This document shows, one piece after another, positions 6,842 to 14,765 of a stretch of DNA of 32,000 nt (within the stretch, counting starts at the first letter, position 1; each line of letters starts with the position of its first letter). This DNA comes from Candidatus Electronema halotolerans (GTDB lineage Bacteria; Desulfobacterota; Desulfobulbia; Desulfobulbales; Desulfobulbaceae): positions 2,160,001 through 2,192,000 of the forward strand of contig OW818675.1 of assembly GCA_942493095.1 (NCBI GenBank), in the 5' to 3' direction. The translations under genes were made by a program, and so were the position numbers. The notes beneath the pieces are model-generated. The model was not told where the DNA came from. It saw only the letters and a program-made list of their open reading frames with translations, and did not search any database.

Positions 6842-8470
6842 ATGAGCAAGAGCTTCATTACGAAATCCCTGATCCCGTTGCAATGGCTGGCAATCCTGCT
6901 CCTGTTTCTTCTGGTCAGCTGTGACCAGCCGGACAAGTCGGCAAAGCAGACTGCAGCCGCGCAGCATCCTGAGACCTTGGTCTTGGCCATCGGCGGCGAG
7001 GAGGAGCAGGGCTATGATCCGACTATGGGCTGGGGCCGCTACGGTTCCCCGCTCTTTCACTCCACCCTGCTCCGCTACAACGACGCGCTGAAGATCGAAG
7101 ACGATCTGGCCACAGGCTACACGGTCAGCGAAGACCGGCTCACGTGGACTGCGGATATCCGCCCGGATGCCCGCTTCTCTGATGACACCCCGGTGACAGC
7201 CGAGGATGTGGCCTACACCTTCAACACGGCCAAGAAGTCGGGCGGCTTGGTTGATCTGCATTTTCTCACCCAAGCTGAGGCGGTGGGCGGGCACCGGGTC
7301 GTCTTTCATCTCAGCAAGCCGCAGTCAACCTTCATCCACCGGCTGCGCACCTTGGGCATCGTGCCGAAACACGCGCACGGCAAGGACTACGGGCGGCATC
7401 CCATTGGTTCCGGCCCGTACAAGATGGTGCGCTGGGATGAGGGCCAGCAGCTTGTTGTTGAGGCCAATCCCCTCTACTACGGAAAAAAGCCTGCCATTCA
7501 GCGGCTGGCCTTTCTCTTTCTTGACCAAGACACCGCCTTTGCCGCAGCTCAGGCAGGGACAGTCCAGATGGCGGCGGTGCCGCAGATTCTGGCGGACAAG
7601 GAGGTTCCAGGGATGCGCCTGGTGCGCGTCACCAGTGTGGACAACCGGGGCATCATGTTTCCCTGTCAACCGGCAACTCATGCGGACTACAAGGGAAAGC
7701 CTGTGGGCAATGATGTCACGGCTGATCCTGCCATCCGCCAGGCAATCAACTATGCCATTGACCGGCAGGCGCTGGTGCAGGGAGTGCTGAACGGCTTCGG
7801 CACCCCGGCTTACGGTTCGGTCAGTCATCTGCCGTGGGAGGAATCGGCAACCCGGTTCAAGGATCATGATCTGGACAAGGCCGCAGCCCTGCTCAAGGCC
7901 GCAGGCTGGGAAGATCATGATCAGGACGGCATTGTGGACAAAGACGGGGTGGCAGCCACGTTCACTCTTCTGTATCCCGCTGACCGGCTGATCCGCCAGT
8001 CTTTAGCCTTGGCAGTGGCGGACATGCTGGCTCCGCTCGGCATCCGCTTGGAGCTGTCCGGCAAAAGCTGGGAGGAAATCCAGAAGGTCCAGCATGCCCA
8101 GGCTGTGCTCTTCGGCTGGGGCAGCCATGATCCGACCGAGATGTACAATCTCTTTTACAGCCAAGTTGCCGGGCAGGGCTATTTCAATCCCGGCTTCTAC
8201 AGCAACCCCAAGGTCGATGCATATTTGGAGCAGGCCATGTCTGCCGCCTCGCCGGAAGAGGCCACGAAATACTGGCGGGCCGTGCAGTGGGACGGCAGCA
8301 CCGGGGTTGCCGCGCAGGGCGATGCGCCGTGGGCCTGGTTAGTCAATCTTGACCACACCTATCTGGTCGATCAGCGGCTTGATGTTGGCACCTCCAGAGT
8401 GGAGCCGCACGGCCACGGCTGGCCGATCACCGCAAACATCACAGAATGGCGATGGAAGGAGGTGCCATGA
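6842..8470 (+). CDS. ABC transporter substrate-binding lipoprotein, family 5 (NikA/OppA/DppA-like)
   Basis: ATG 6842 gives MSKSFITKSLIPLQWLAILLLFLLVSC with a lipobox (LVSC). The rest has the length and composition of a family-5 SBP. The track start 6632 would translate the 23-bp repeat array. No clear SD precedes 6842. Confidence 0.8.
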   Translation: MSKSFITKSLIPLQWLAILLLFLLVSCDQPDKSAKQTAAAQHPETLVLAIGGEEEQGYDPTMGWGRYGSPLFHSTLLRYNDALKIEDDLATGYTVSEDRLTWTADIRPDARFSDDTPVTAEDVAYTFNTAKKSGGLVDLHFLTQAEAVGGHRVVFHLSKPQSTFIHRLRTLGIVPKHAHGKDYGRHPIGSGPYKMVRWDEGQQLVVEANPLYYGKKPAIQRLAFLFLDQDTAFAAAQAGTVQMAAVPQILADKEVPGMRLVRVTSVDNRGIMFPCQPATHADYKGKPVGNDVTADPAIRQAINYAIDRQALVQGVLNGFGTPAYGSVSHLPWEESATRFKDHDLDKAAALLKAAGWEDHDQDGIVDKDGVAATFTLLYPADRLIRQSLALAVADMLAPLGIRLELSGKSWEEIQKVQHAQAVLFGWGSHDPTEMYNLFYSQVAGQGYFNPGFYSNPKVDAYLEQAMSAASPEEATKYWRAVQWDGSTGVAAQGDAPWAWLVNLDHTYLVDQRLDVGTSRVEPHGHGWPITANITEWRWKEVP

Positions 8471-9438
8471 AACGCTTTCTCCGCAAGAAGCTCCTGCAAT
8501 TAGTGCTGATTCTGCCTGCGGTGGCCATGCTCTCCTTTTTCCTGCTCCAGTTTTCACCCATTGACCCGGTCCGGGCCTATATCGGGGCGGACATGCTTCA
8601 GGTGAGTCAGGAGCAGCGGCAGCAGATCGCGGCCCGCTGGGGCTTGGATCAGCCGCCGCTGATGCGCTATCTGCACTGGCAGAAGGAAATCCTCACCGGC
8701 AATATGGGCACTTCCCTGCTCTTTCAGGAGCCAGTGACCAAGGTGATTGCCCGCCGCTTCATTCCCTCCTTAGCCTTGATGGGCACTGCCTGGCTGCTTT
8801 CCGGGCTGATCGGCTTTGTTCTCGGCGTGATTGCCGGACTGCGGCAGAACTCGCTGGCTGACCGGCTTATCCGCCTCTATGCCTACACCTTGGCCTCAAC
8901 TCCGGCCTTCTGGCTGGGAATGCTGCTGATCATCATCTTTTCCGTGCGGCTTGGCTGGACCCCGGTCTGCTGCGCCTATCCGCCGGGCATGTCGCCTGAC
9001 CAAGTGAGCATCGGACAATGGCTCCGTCATCTGCTTCTGCCTGCCGCCACGTTGAGCATCATCTCAGTGGCCGCTGTAACCCTGCACACCCGGCAGAAGC
9101 TGCTGGAGGTGATGGAGACGGATTTTGTCCTCTTTGCCCGCGCCAAGGGCGAAAGCACCTGGGGCGTGTTCCGCCGCCATGCTCTGCGCCACGTCCTGCT
9201 GCCTGCGCTCACGATCCAGTTTGCCTCGTTCGGCGAACTCTTCGGCGGCTCCATCCTGGCCGAGCAGGTCTTTTCCTATCCCGGCCTGGGCGAGGCCACT
9301 GTCCGGGCCGGGCTGGGCGGGGATGTGCCGCTGCTCCTGGGCATTGTCTTAGTCAGCTCCGTCTTTGTCTTTTCCGGCAACGCCATAGCTGACCTGCTCT
9401 ACACAGTTGTTGATCCCCGTTTGCGGAGGACTGTCTGA
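8467..9438 (+). CDS. ABC transporter permease (NikB/OppB/DppB-like)
   Basis: The ATG at 8467 overlaps the SBP stop (ATGA) and GGAAGGAGG lies just upstream. It is a multi-TM protein with a typical N-terminus (MKRFLRKKLLQLVLILPAVAMLSF) and the C-terminal ...LLYTVVDPRLR motif of this permease family. Confidence 0.85.
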   Translation: MKRFLRKKLLQLVLILPAVAMLSFFLLQFSPIDPVRAYIGADMLQVSQEQRQQIAARWGLDQPPLMRYLHWQKEILTGNMGTSLLFQEPVTKVIARRFIPSLALMGTAWLLSGLIGFVLGVIAGLRQNSLADRLIRLYAYTLASTPAFWLGMLLIIIFSVRLGWTPVCCAYPPGMSPDQVSIGQWLRHLLLPAATLSIISVAAVTLHTRQKLLEVMETDFVLFARAKGESTWGVFRRHALRHVLLPALTIQFASFGELFGGSILAEQVFSYPGLGEATVRAGLGGDVPLLLGIVLVSSVFVFSGNAIADLLYTVVDPRLRRTV

Positions 9439-10253
9439 TGCACCAGCGAACCCGCGCCCTTGCAGCGGCAGGAGCCTGCGCCGCCTTTCTGCTGGCCATT
9501 GTGCTCGCCTATTATTTCTTTGTCCCGGAGGTGCTGCGCACGGACCTCAGCCTGCGCAATCAGCCGCCCGGATTCAGCCATCTTTTCGGCACCGACTGGA
9601 TGGGCCGGAACATGCTCCTGCGCACCATTGCCGGGCTGCGCCTCAGCCTCCAGACTGGCCTGACCGCAGCCGCAGCCAGTGCTCTGCTGGCCCTGTTCCT
9701 TGGTCTGGCCGCCGGCATTTTGGGCGGCTGGGTGGACGGCGTGGTCTCCTGGCTCATTGACATCTTCATCAGCCTGCCCCATCTGGTGCTGCTCATTCTG
9801 GTCTCCTTTGCCTTTGGCGGCGGCCTGAAAGGAGTGACTGTCGCCATTGCAGTCAGTCATTGGCCGCGCCTGGCCCGGATTATCCGGGCGGAAACCATGC
9901 AACTCAAGGACAGCCCGTTTATTCATCATGCCCGCTGCTTTGGCAGAACGCCGTGGCAGATCGGGTGGCAGCATATTCTGCCCCATCTGGCGCCTCAGTT
10001 CATTGTCGGCCTGCTCCTGCTCTTTCCTCACGCCATCCTCCACGAGGCGGGCCTGACCTTTGTCGGTCTGGGCCTTTCACCCCATGAACCGGCAGTGGGC
10101 ATCATTCTCGCTGAAGCCATGCGCCATCTCTCCACTGGAAACTGGTGGTTGGCTGTGCTGCCCGGCGCAGCTTTGCTGGCTATGGTCAAAACCTTTGATT
10201 TGATGGGAGAGAATGTGCGCATCCTTCTCCAACCGCGAATAAGTCAGGAATAA
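9438..10253 (+). CDS. ABC transporter permease (NikC/OppC/DppC-like)
   Basis: The start overlaps the upstream stop (TGATG). It carries the binding-protein-dependent transport signature region and hydrophobic TM segments. TAA at 10251-10253. Confidence 0.85.
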   Translation: MHQRTRALAAAGACAAFLLAIVLAYYFFVPEVLRTDLSLRNQPPGFSHLFGTDWMGRNMLLRTIAGLRLSLQTGLTAAAASALLALFLGLAAGILGGWVDGVVSWLIDIFISLPHLVLLILVSFAFGGGLKGVTVAIAVSHWPRLARIIRAETMQLKDSPFIHHARCFGRTPWQIGWQHILPHLAPQFIVGLLLLFPHAILHEAGLTFVGLGLSPHEPAVGIILAEAMRHLSTGNWWLAVLPGAALLAMVKTFDLMGENVRILLQPRISQE

Positions 10254-10266
10254 TCAGGAGGCATTC

Positions 10267-11070
10267 ATGCTGGAAATCGACAACCTGCGCATCTCGTTCA
10301 GCCGCTATGAATACGGATTCAGCCGCCAGCGGATCACCGGGGTCAAGGGCATCTCCCTGCGGGTGCGGCCCGGCTCGATCAACTTGGTGGCCGGGGCCAG
10401 CGGCGCAGGCAAGAGTCTGCTGCTGGCCGCCATTCTCGGCCTGCTGCCTGCCAATGGCAGCAGCAGCGGCAGCATTCGTTTCAAAGGGCAGGAGCATGCT
10501 GACCCTGCCCCGCTCCGAGGCAGGGAGATTGCCCTGATTCCCCAGTCAGCAGATGGGCTGGATCCGCTCCAGCAGGTGGGCAAGCAGGTGCGCCGGGCCG
10601 CCCGGCTGGCCGGGCTGACCAAGAAAGAGGCAGCGGCTCAGACTGAAGCCATGTTCAATCGTTACGGACTGGGCTTGGAAGCACTGCGGCTGTATCCCTT
10701 TCAGCTCTCCGGCGGCATGGCCACCCGGGTGCTGCTGGCCTGCGCCACGGTGGGCCGGGCCGGACTGCTGCTGGCCGATGAACCCACCACCGGCTTGGAT
10801 GAGGACAACTGCCGCCAGGTCTTTGCCCATCTCCGCCAGCTTGCCGACGAGGGCCGGGGCATCCTGCTGATCAGCCATGACCTGAGCGCAGCCCTGCCCG
10901 TGGTCGATGAAGTCACCATTCTCAGAGACGGCAGCTTGGTGGAAACCATGTCTGCTGCCGATTTCCGGCAAGGCATCTGCGATTCTCCGTACAGTCGAGC
11001 ACTGCATCAAGCCCTGCCGGAAAACGGCTTTACGGTCAGTCAATCTTTGCAGGAAGCCTGCCATGCTTGA
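10267..11070 (+). CDS. ABC transporter ATP-binding protein (NikD/OppD-like)
   Basis: CAGGAGG SD. Walker A GASGAGKS, ABC signature LSGGMATR, Walker B LLLADEPTTGLD. Confidence 0.9.
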   Translation: MLEIDNLRISFSRYEYGFSRQRITGVKGISLRVRPGSINLVAGASGAGKSLLLAAILGLLPANGSSSGSIRFKGQEHADPAPLRGREIALIPQSADGLDPLQQVGKQVRRAARLAGLTKKEAAAQTEAMFNRYGLGLEALRLYPFQLSGGMATRVLLACATVGRAGLLLADEPTTGLDEDNCRQVFAHLRQLADEGRGILLISHDLSAALPVVDEVTILRDGSLVETMSAADFRQGICDSPYSRALHQALPENGFTVSQSLQEACHA

Positions 11071-11668
11071 AGCTGCTGACCTCTCGTTTGCCTATAATGG
11101 CGGCAAGCCGATCCTGGACAAGGTGAATCTGCGCGTGCAGCCCGGCGAGGTGCGGGGCCTGACCGCTCCCAGCGGCTCTGGCAAGACCACGCTGGCCAAG
11201 GTGCTCTGCGGGCACCTGCCTGTCCAAGGCGGGGCGATTCGGGTCAACCGCCAGCCCTTGCCTGAGAAAAGCTATTGCCCGATTCAGCTCATCAATCAGC
11301 ACCCGGAGCAGGGCTTTAATCCCCGCTGGCGGCTGGGCAGGTCATTGGCTGAACCTGCGCCGCCTGATCCGCAGCTCCTTGACCGGCTCGGCATCAAAAG
11401 CGGCTGGCTGAACCGTTACCCGCACGAACTCTCCGGCGGCGAGCTGCAACGATTTGCCATTGCCCGCGCCTTGGCTCCACAGACTGCCTTTGTTGTTGCT
11501 GATGAGATCACGGTTATGCTTGATGCCATCAGTCAGGCCCAAGTCTGGCAGGTGCTGCTCCAGACGGCGCAGGAGCGGCAGCTCGGCATGTTGGTCATCA
11601 GTCATAACCGCCACCTTCTCAGCCGCATCTGCACACAGACAGTTGCGATGCGTGATCTCTTCGCCTGA
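11063..11668 (+). CDS. ABC transporter ATP-binding protein (NikE/OppF-like)
   Basis: ATG 11063 (MLEAADLSFAYNGG...) overlaps the upstream gene by 8 nt. Walker A APSGSGKTT, signature LSGGELQR, Walker B FVVADEITVMLD. The track start 10907 lies inside the previous gene. Confidence 0.88.
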   Translation: MLEAADLSFAYNGGKPILDKVNLRVQPGEVRGLTAPSGSGKTTLAKVLCGHLPVQGGAIRVNRQPLPEKSYCPIQLINQHPEQGFNPRWRLGRSLAEPAPPDPQLLDRLGIKSGWLNRYPHELSGGELQRFAIARALAPQTAFVVADEITVMLDAISQAQVWQVLLQTAQERQLGMLVISHNRHLLSRICTQTVAMRDLFA

Positions 11669-11670
11669 AG

Positions 11671-12474
11671 ATGAACCCCATTCAAGCGTGGAAGGACTTC
11701 CAAGACCGCAGCCTCTACTATCAGGCGGTGCGGCGGGATGGCGAGGAACCGGTCTGGCAGGAGATTGCCAAGGACTATGACCGGCTGGTCTATTCTGAGC
11801 AGCAGAAGGAGACGCTGCTGACCAAGCTGACGCACCGTCTGCACGGGATTGAGACCGCGATTGAGATCGGCGCAGGCAGCGGCACTCTCACCCTGCCCTT
11901 GGTCAGGCATCTGCGGGAGATTGCCGCCGTGGAGCCGTCCGCAGCAATGGCAGCGGCCCTGCACGCCAGTCTGGCCGAGCATAAGATCAGGAATGTCTCC
12001 GTCTTTCAGGAGAAATGGGAGAACATGCAGCCTGCTGCGGCGGACGTGGTCTTGGCAGGCGGCTGTCTGTACGTCTTCTACGAGATTGACAAAGTCCTGC
12101 GCAAGATGCTGGCCTGCGCCAAGAAGAAGGTGTTGATCACCCACGTGGGCAACTGCGGGCTGTGGCACTTTGACCGGCTGCTGCTGGAGCGGCTGGGCGC
12201 ACCCAAGCCATGCCTCTTTCCGCCCCTGTCCCTGTTGCTGGACGTGCTCCTCCACCTCCAGCTACCAGCGGTGATGGACATCACCTTTGCCAAGGGCAGG
12301 AAGTGCTTCACCCCGGAGCAATGGCTGCGCCGCTGCCAGCGGCTCTTGCAGCTTGCCGAGCCGCCGCCCGTGCTGCTGGACTTCCTGATGCAGGAATTCA
12401 GTCAGGACGGCGACTGCTGGAGCATGGAGGAGGAGGTGCCGCTGGCTGTGATTGAACTGAGGAAAACATCATGA
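11671..12474 (+). CDS. Class I SAM-dependent methyltransferase
   Basis: Motif I IEIGAGSGTLTLPL followed by an acidic residue (AAVEPS) and the post-I/II pattern. The start is 2 nt after the ATPase stop, and its own stop overlaps the next start (ATGA). Confidence 0.7.
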   Translation: MNPIQAWKDFQDRSLYYQAVRRDGEEPVWQEIAKDYDRLVYSEQQKETLLTKLTHRLHGIETAIEIGAGSGTLTLPLVRHLREIAAVEPSAAMAAALHASLAEHKIRNVSVFQEKWENMQPAAADVVLAGGCLYVFYEIDKVLRKMLACAKKKVLITHVGNCGLWHFDRLLLERLGAPKPCLFPPLSLLLDVLLHLQLPAVMDITFAKGRKCFTPEQWLRRCQRLLQLAEPPPVLLDFLMQEFSQDGDCWSMEEEVPLAVIELRKTS

Positions 12475-14003
12475 GGCAACAAATCGTAGGCCCCCGTGTC
12501 TGCCCAACTGGGTCTGGCGCAAGTACAGGGGCTTGCCCCTACATTATAGGTATTGTTTCTATTCTTCTCTGCATCGTTCTGCTGTGCAGAGGCATGGCGC
12601 AGGCGGCTGGCAACGACAAACTGGTGGTTGCAGTGGGCAGCGATGCCTACACCAGCTCCGGGCCACGGGCCAACTTAGGCAAGTACCCGCTCAACGCCAA
12701 TATTTTTGAGTCGCTGACGACCTTTGACGAGCAGTTCCGCCTCCTGCCCTGCTTGGCTGTGGCATGGGACTATCAAGGCGAGCGCACTTGGCGGTTCATC
12801 CTGCGGCAGGGGGTGCGCTTTCATGACGGCAGCCCGCTCGACGCAGCAGCAGTGCGGGCCTCCTTGGAAGCGCAGCAGCAGGCAGGCACCCTGCTCTTTG
12901 CCTTTGACAAGATCACCGAGCTGGATGCGCACAGCCTCGCCATCACCACGCCGGAAGAGAACCTGATTCTGCCCTACATCCTCTCGCACCCCTACATGGG
13001 CATCAGCAGGCCGGGCGACAAGCCGGTCGGCACCGGGCCGTTCAGATTTGTCCGCCATGTCAAGGATCAGCTTTTGGAGGTGGCGCGCAACGAGGACTAC
13101 TGGGGAGACAAGGCCAAGAGCGCGGGCATCGTCTTCCGCTTCCTGCCGGACAGCGCGGCCCGTCTGCTGGCTTTCCGGGCCAAGGAGGCGGACGTGCTGG
13201 CCGATCTGCCTTGGGAGGCAGTGCCTGAACTGAAAAAGAGCAAGGACATCATCCTCCGCAGCTCGCCGAGGGGGGCTTATGTCGGCCTGATGCTCTCCGT
13301 CAAAGGGCCGCTGGCGGACAGGACAGCCCGGCAGGCGGTCTCCCTTGCCCTTGACCGGCCAGCGATCATCAAGGCGCTCTGGCATGGCTATGGCGAGGCC
13401 CGCCAGACCCTGCTGGCCCCGGCCTTTCTCGGCAAGGCGGCAGAGCTGCTCCCAGACACGCCCTGCGACCCGGCCCAAGCAAGAACGCTGCTCAAGGGCA
13501 GGCCGCTGCGCCTGACTCTGGTGTCCGGCTTTCCCAATGCCGAGGCGCATGGTCTGCTGCCGGAGATCATCCAGAGCCAGCTCCAGGCCGCAGGCATCAG
13601 CATCCAGCTTCAGAAAATCAATGACACCGGTCTCTACCACGACCTGCTCAAGGCGGGCAAAGGCGACCTCTGGCTGGAGCGCGGCAACCTCAACAGCGCC
13701 GATCTAACCTTCCTGCCCCACCTGCTCTTTCACCCAGAGGGTTTTTATCCCAAGCACCTTGGCAGCCCTGCCGGAGGCGCGGCCTTCTGCCAGCGCATCC
13801 ATGCGGCCCGGATAGCGACAAACGATGCAGCCTTCCGCGAGCAGACCGCCTTGGCCCTGCGCGAGATCATTGCTGAGGAGCGGCTTTTCATTCCCATTGC
13901 CGAGCTGCCTTTTCTCCTTGCAGCCCAGCCCGGCGTGCAGATTCCGGCCCTCCACCCCACCCTGCTGACCACGAACTGGGCTGCCTTTGCCAAGCAGCCA
14001 TGA
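12471..14003 (+). CDS. Second family-5 ABC substrate-binding protein (NikA/DppA-like)
   Basis: Hydrophobic N-terminal signal/anchor (IIGIVSILLCIVLLCRGMAQA), followed by family-5 SBP-like sequence (LVVAVGSDAYTSSGPRANLGKYPLNANIFESLTTFDEQFRLLPCLAVAWDYQGERTWRFILRQGVRFHDGSPLDA). The exact start is uncertain. Confidence 0.8.
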   Translation: MRQQIVGPRVCPTGSGASTGACPYIIGIVSILLCIVLLCRGMAQAAGNDKLVVAVGSDAYTSSGPRANLGKYPLNANIFESLTTFDEQFRLLPCLAVAWDYQGERTWRFILRQGVRFHDGSPLDAAAVRASLEAQQQAGTLLFAFDKITELDAHSLAITTPEENLILPYILSHPYMGISRPGDKPVGTGPFRFVRHVKDQLLEVARNEDYWGDKAKSAGIVFRFLPDSAARLLAFRAKEADVLADLPWEAVPELKKSKDIILRSSPRGAYVGLMLSVKGPLADRTARQAVSLALDRPAIIKALWHGYGEARQTLLAPAFLGKAAELLPDTPCDPAQARTLLKGRPLRLTLVSGFPNAEAHGLLPEIIQSQLQAAGISIQLQKINDTGLYHDLLKAGKGDLWLERGNLNSADLTFLPHLLFHPEGFYPKHLGSPAGGAAFCQRIHAARIATNDAAFREQTALALREIIAEERLFIPIAELPFLLAAQPGVQIPALHPTLLTTNWAAFAKQP

Positions 14004-14194
14004 TGCGGCGCTGACCTTGTTTTTCCTCATCCTCCAGGCATGGCCGCCCGCACGACCGGGCAGTCTGCCCAGCAAAATGAGGCTGCCGCCCTATTGTCCG
14101 GGCGGGAGAATTATGCTTTATTCCTGCCCAGTGCCTGCTGCTTTTTCCACACCTCCTTCCTTTGTCATCATCCGTACCTTGGAAAAAGCAGAAG

Positions 14195-14228
14195 CTCCGG
14201 GGCCATCACGGCCCCGGAGAGTTTTTCT
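14195..14228 (+). terminator. Rho-independent terminator closing the importer operon
   Basis: CTCCGGGGCC-atcac-GGCCCCGGAG (perfect 10-bp stem) followed by AGTTTTTCTTC. Confidence 0.75.
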
Positions 14229-14391
14229 TCCCAAGTGGTGAACGTTGACGGCCATGACAAGGCGAACCGCCCTCCTTCCATTGCACATTTCCTGCCCGGC
14301 TCGGCGTGCCGCCGCCTTTTGACCTGACACCCGCATCCATCTTGCACCCTGATCAGCCCAACAATTCACTTCCAATACAAGGAGACCGAAC

Positions 14392-14652
14392 ATGAAAGGA
14401 ACCCACGAGCACGAGCATCAGCATGAGCATGCACATGAGCATCAGCATGAGCATGAGCACGCGCATGGCGACAGCAAGCACAGCCATGAGCACGGTCATG
14501 AACATGCGCATGGCCATAAGCACGAGCACAAGCACCCCCATGATCACAGCGGCGCAGGCAATGCCCATGAGCATGAGCACAAGGGTGAGCATGGGCAGCA
14601 TGACCACAGCCATGCTGGCCATGAGCAGGAGGAGCATTCGCACAAGCATTGA
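14392..14652 (+). CDS. Histidine-rich metal-binding protein (Hpn-like; alternating H-x-H)
   Basis: AAGGAG lies 7 nt upstream of the ATG. The 86-aa product is MKGTHEHEHQHEHAHEHQHEHEHAHGDSKHSHEHGHEHAHGHKHEHKHPHDHSG...EEHSHKH, with 34 His by my count. No signal peptide. Confidence 0.75.
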   Translation: MKGTHEHEHQHEHAHEHQHEHEHAHGDSKHSHEHGHEHAHGHKHEHKHPHDHSGAGNAHEHEHKGEHGQHDHSHAGHEQEEHSHKH

Positions 14653-14689
14653 CCGCTTGGGCCTTCTGAACAAAGGAGCATGATGCCAG

Positions 14690-14724
14690 ATGCCTCGCCA
14701 GATGGCGGGGCATTTGCGTTTCTG
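14690..14724 (+). terminator. Stem-loop after the His-rich gene (possible weak terminator or attenuator)
   Basis: ATGCCTCGCC-agat-GGCGGGGCAT (10 bp, one G-U pair), then TTGCGTTTCTG. Confidence 0.4.
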
Positions 14725-14765
14725 CCAACAGCCAACTGATGTACTGATACTGCAAAGAAAGAACG

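Noticed and set aside
14040-14327. 95-aa ORF in the gap between the second SBP and the His-rich gene; also the 19-aa ORF at 14680-14739
   Set aside because: The first reads straight through the strong terminator hairpin at 14195-14228 and has no SD or recognisable features. The second is too short and overlaps a hairpin. No support beyond an open frame.
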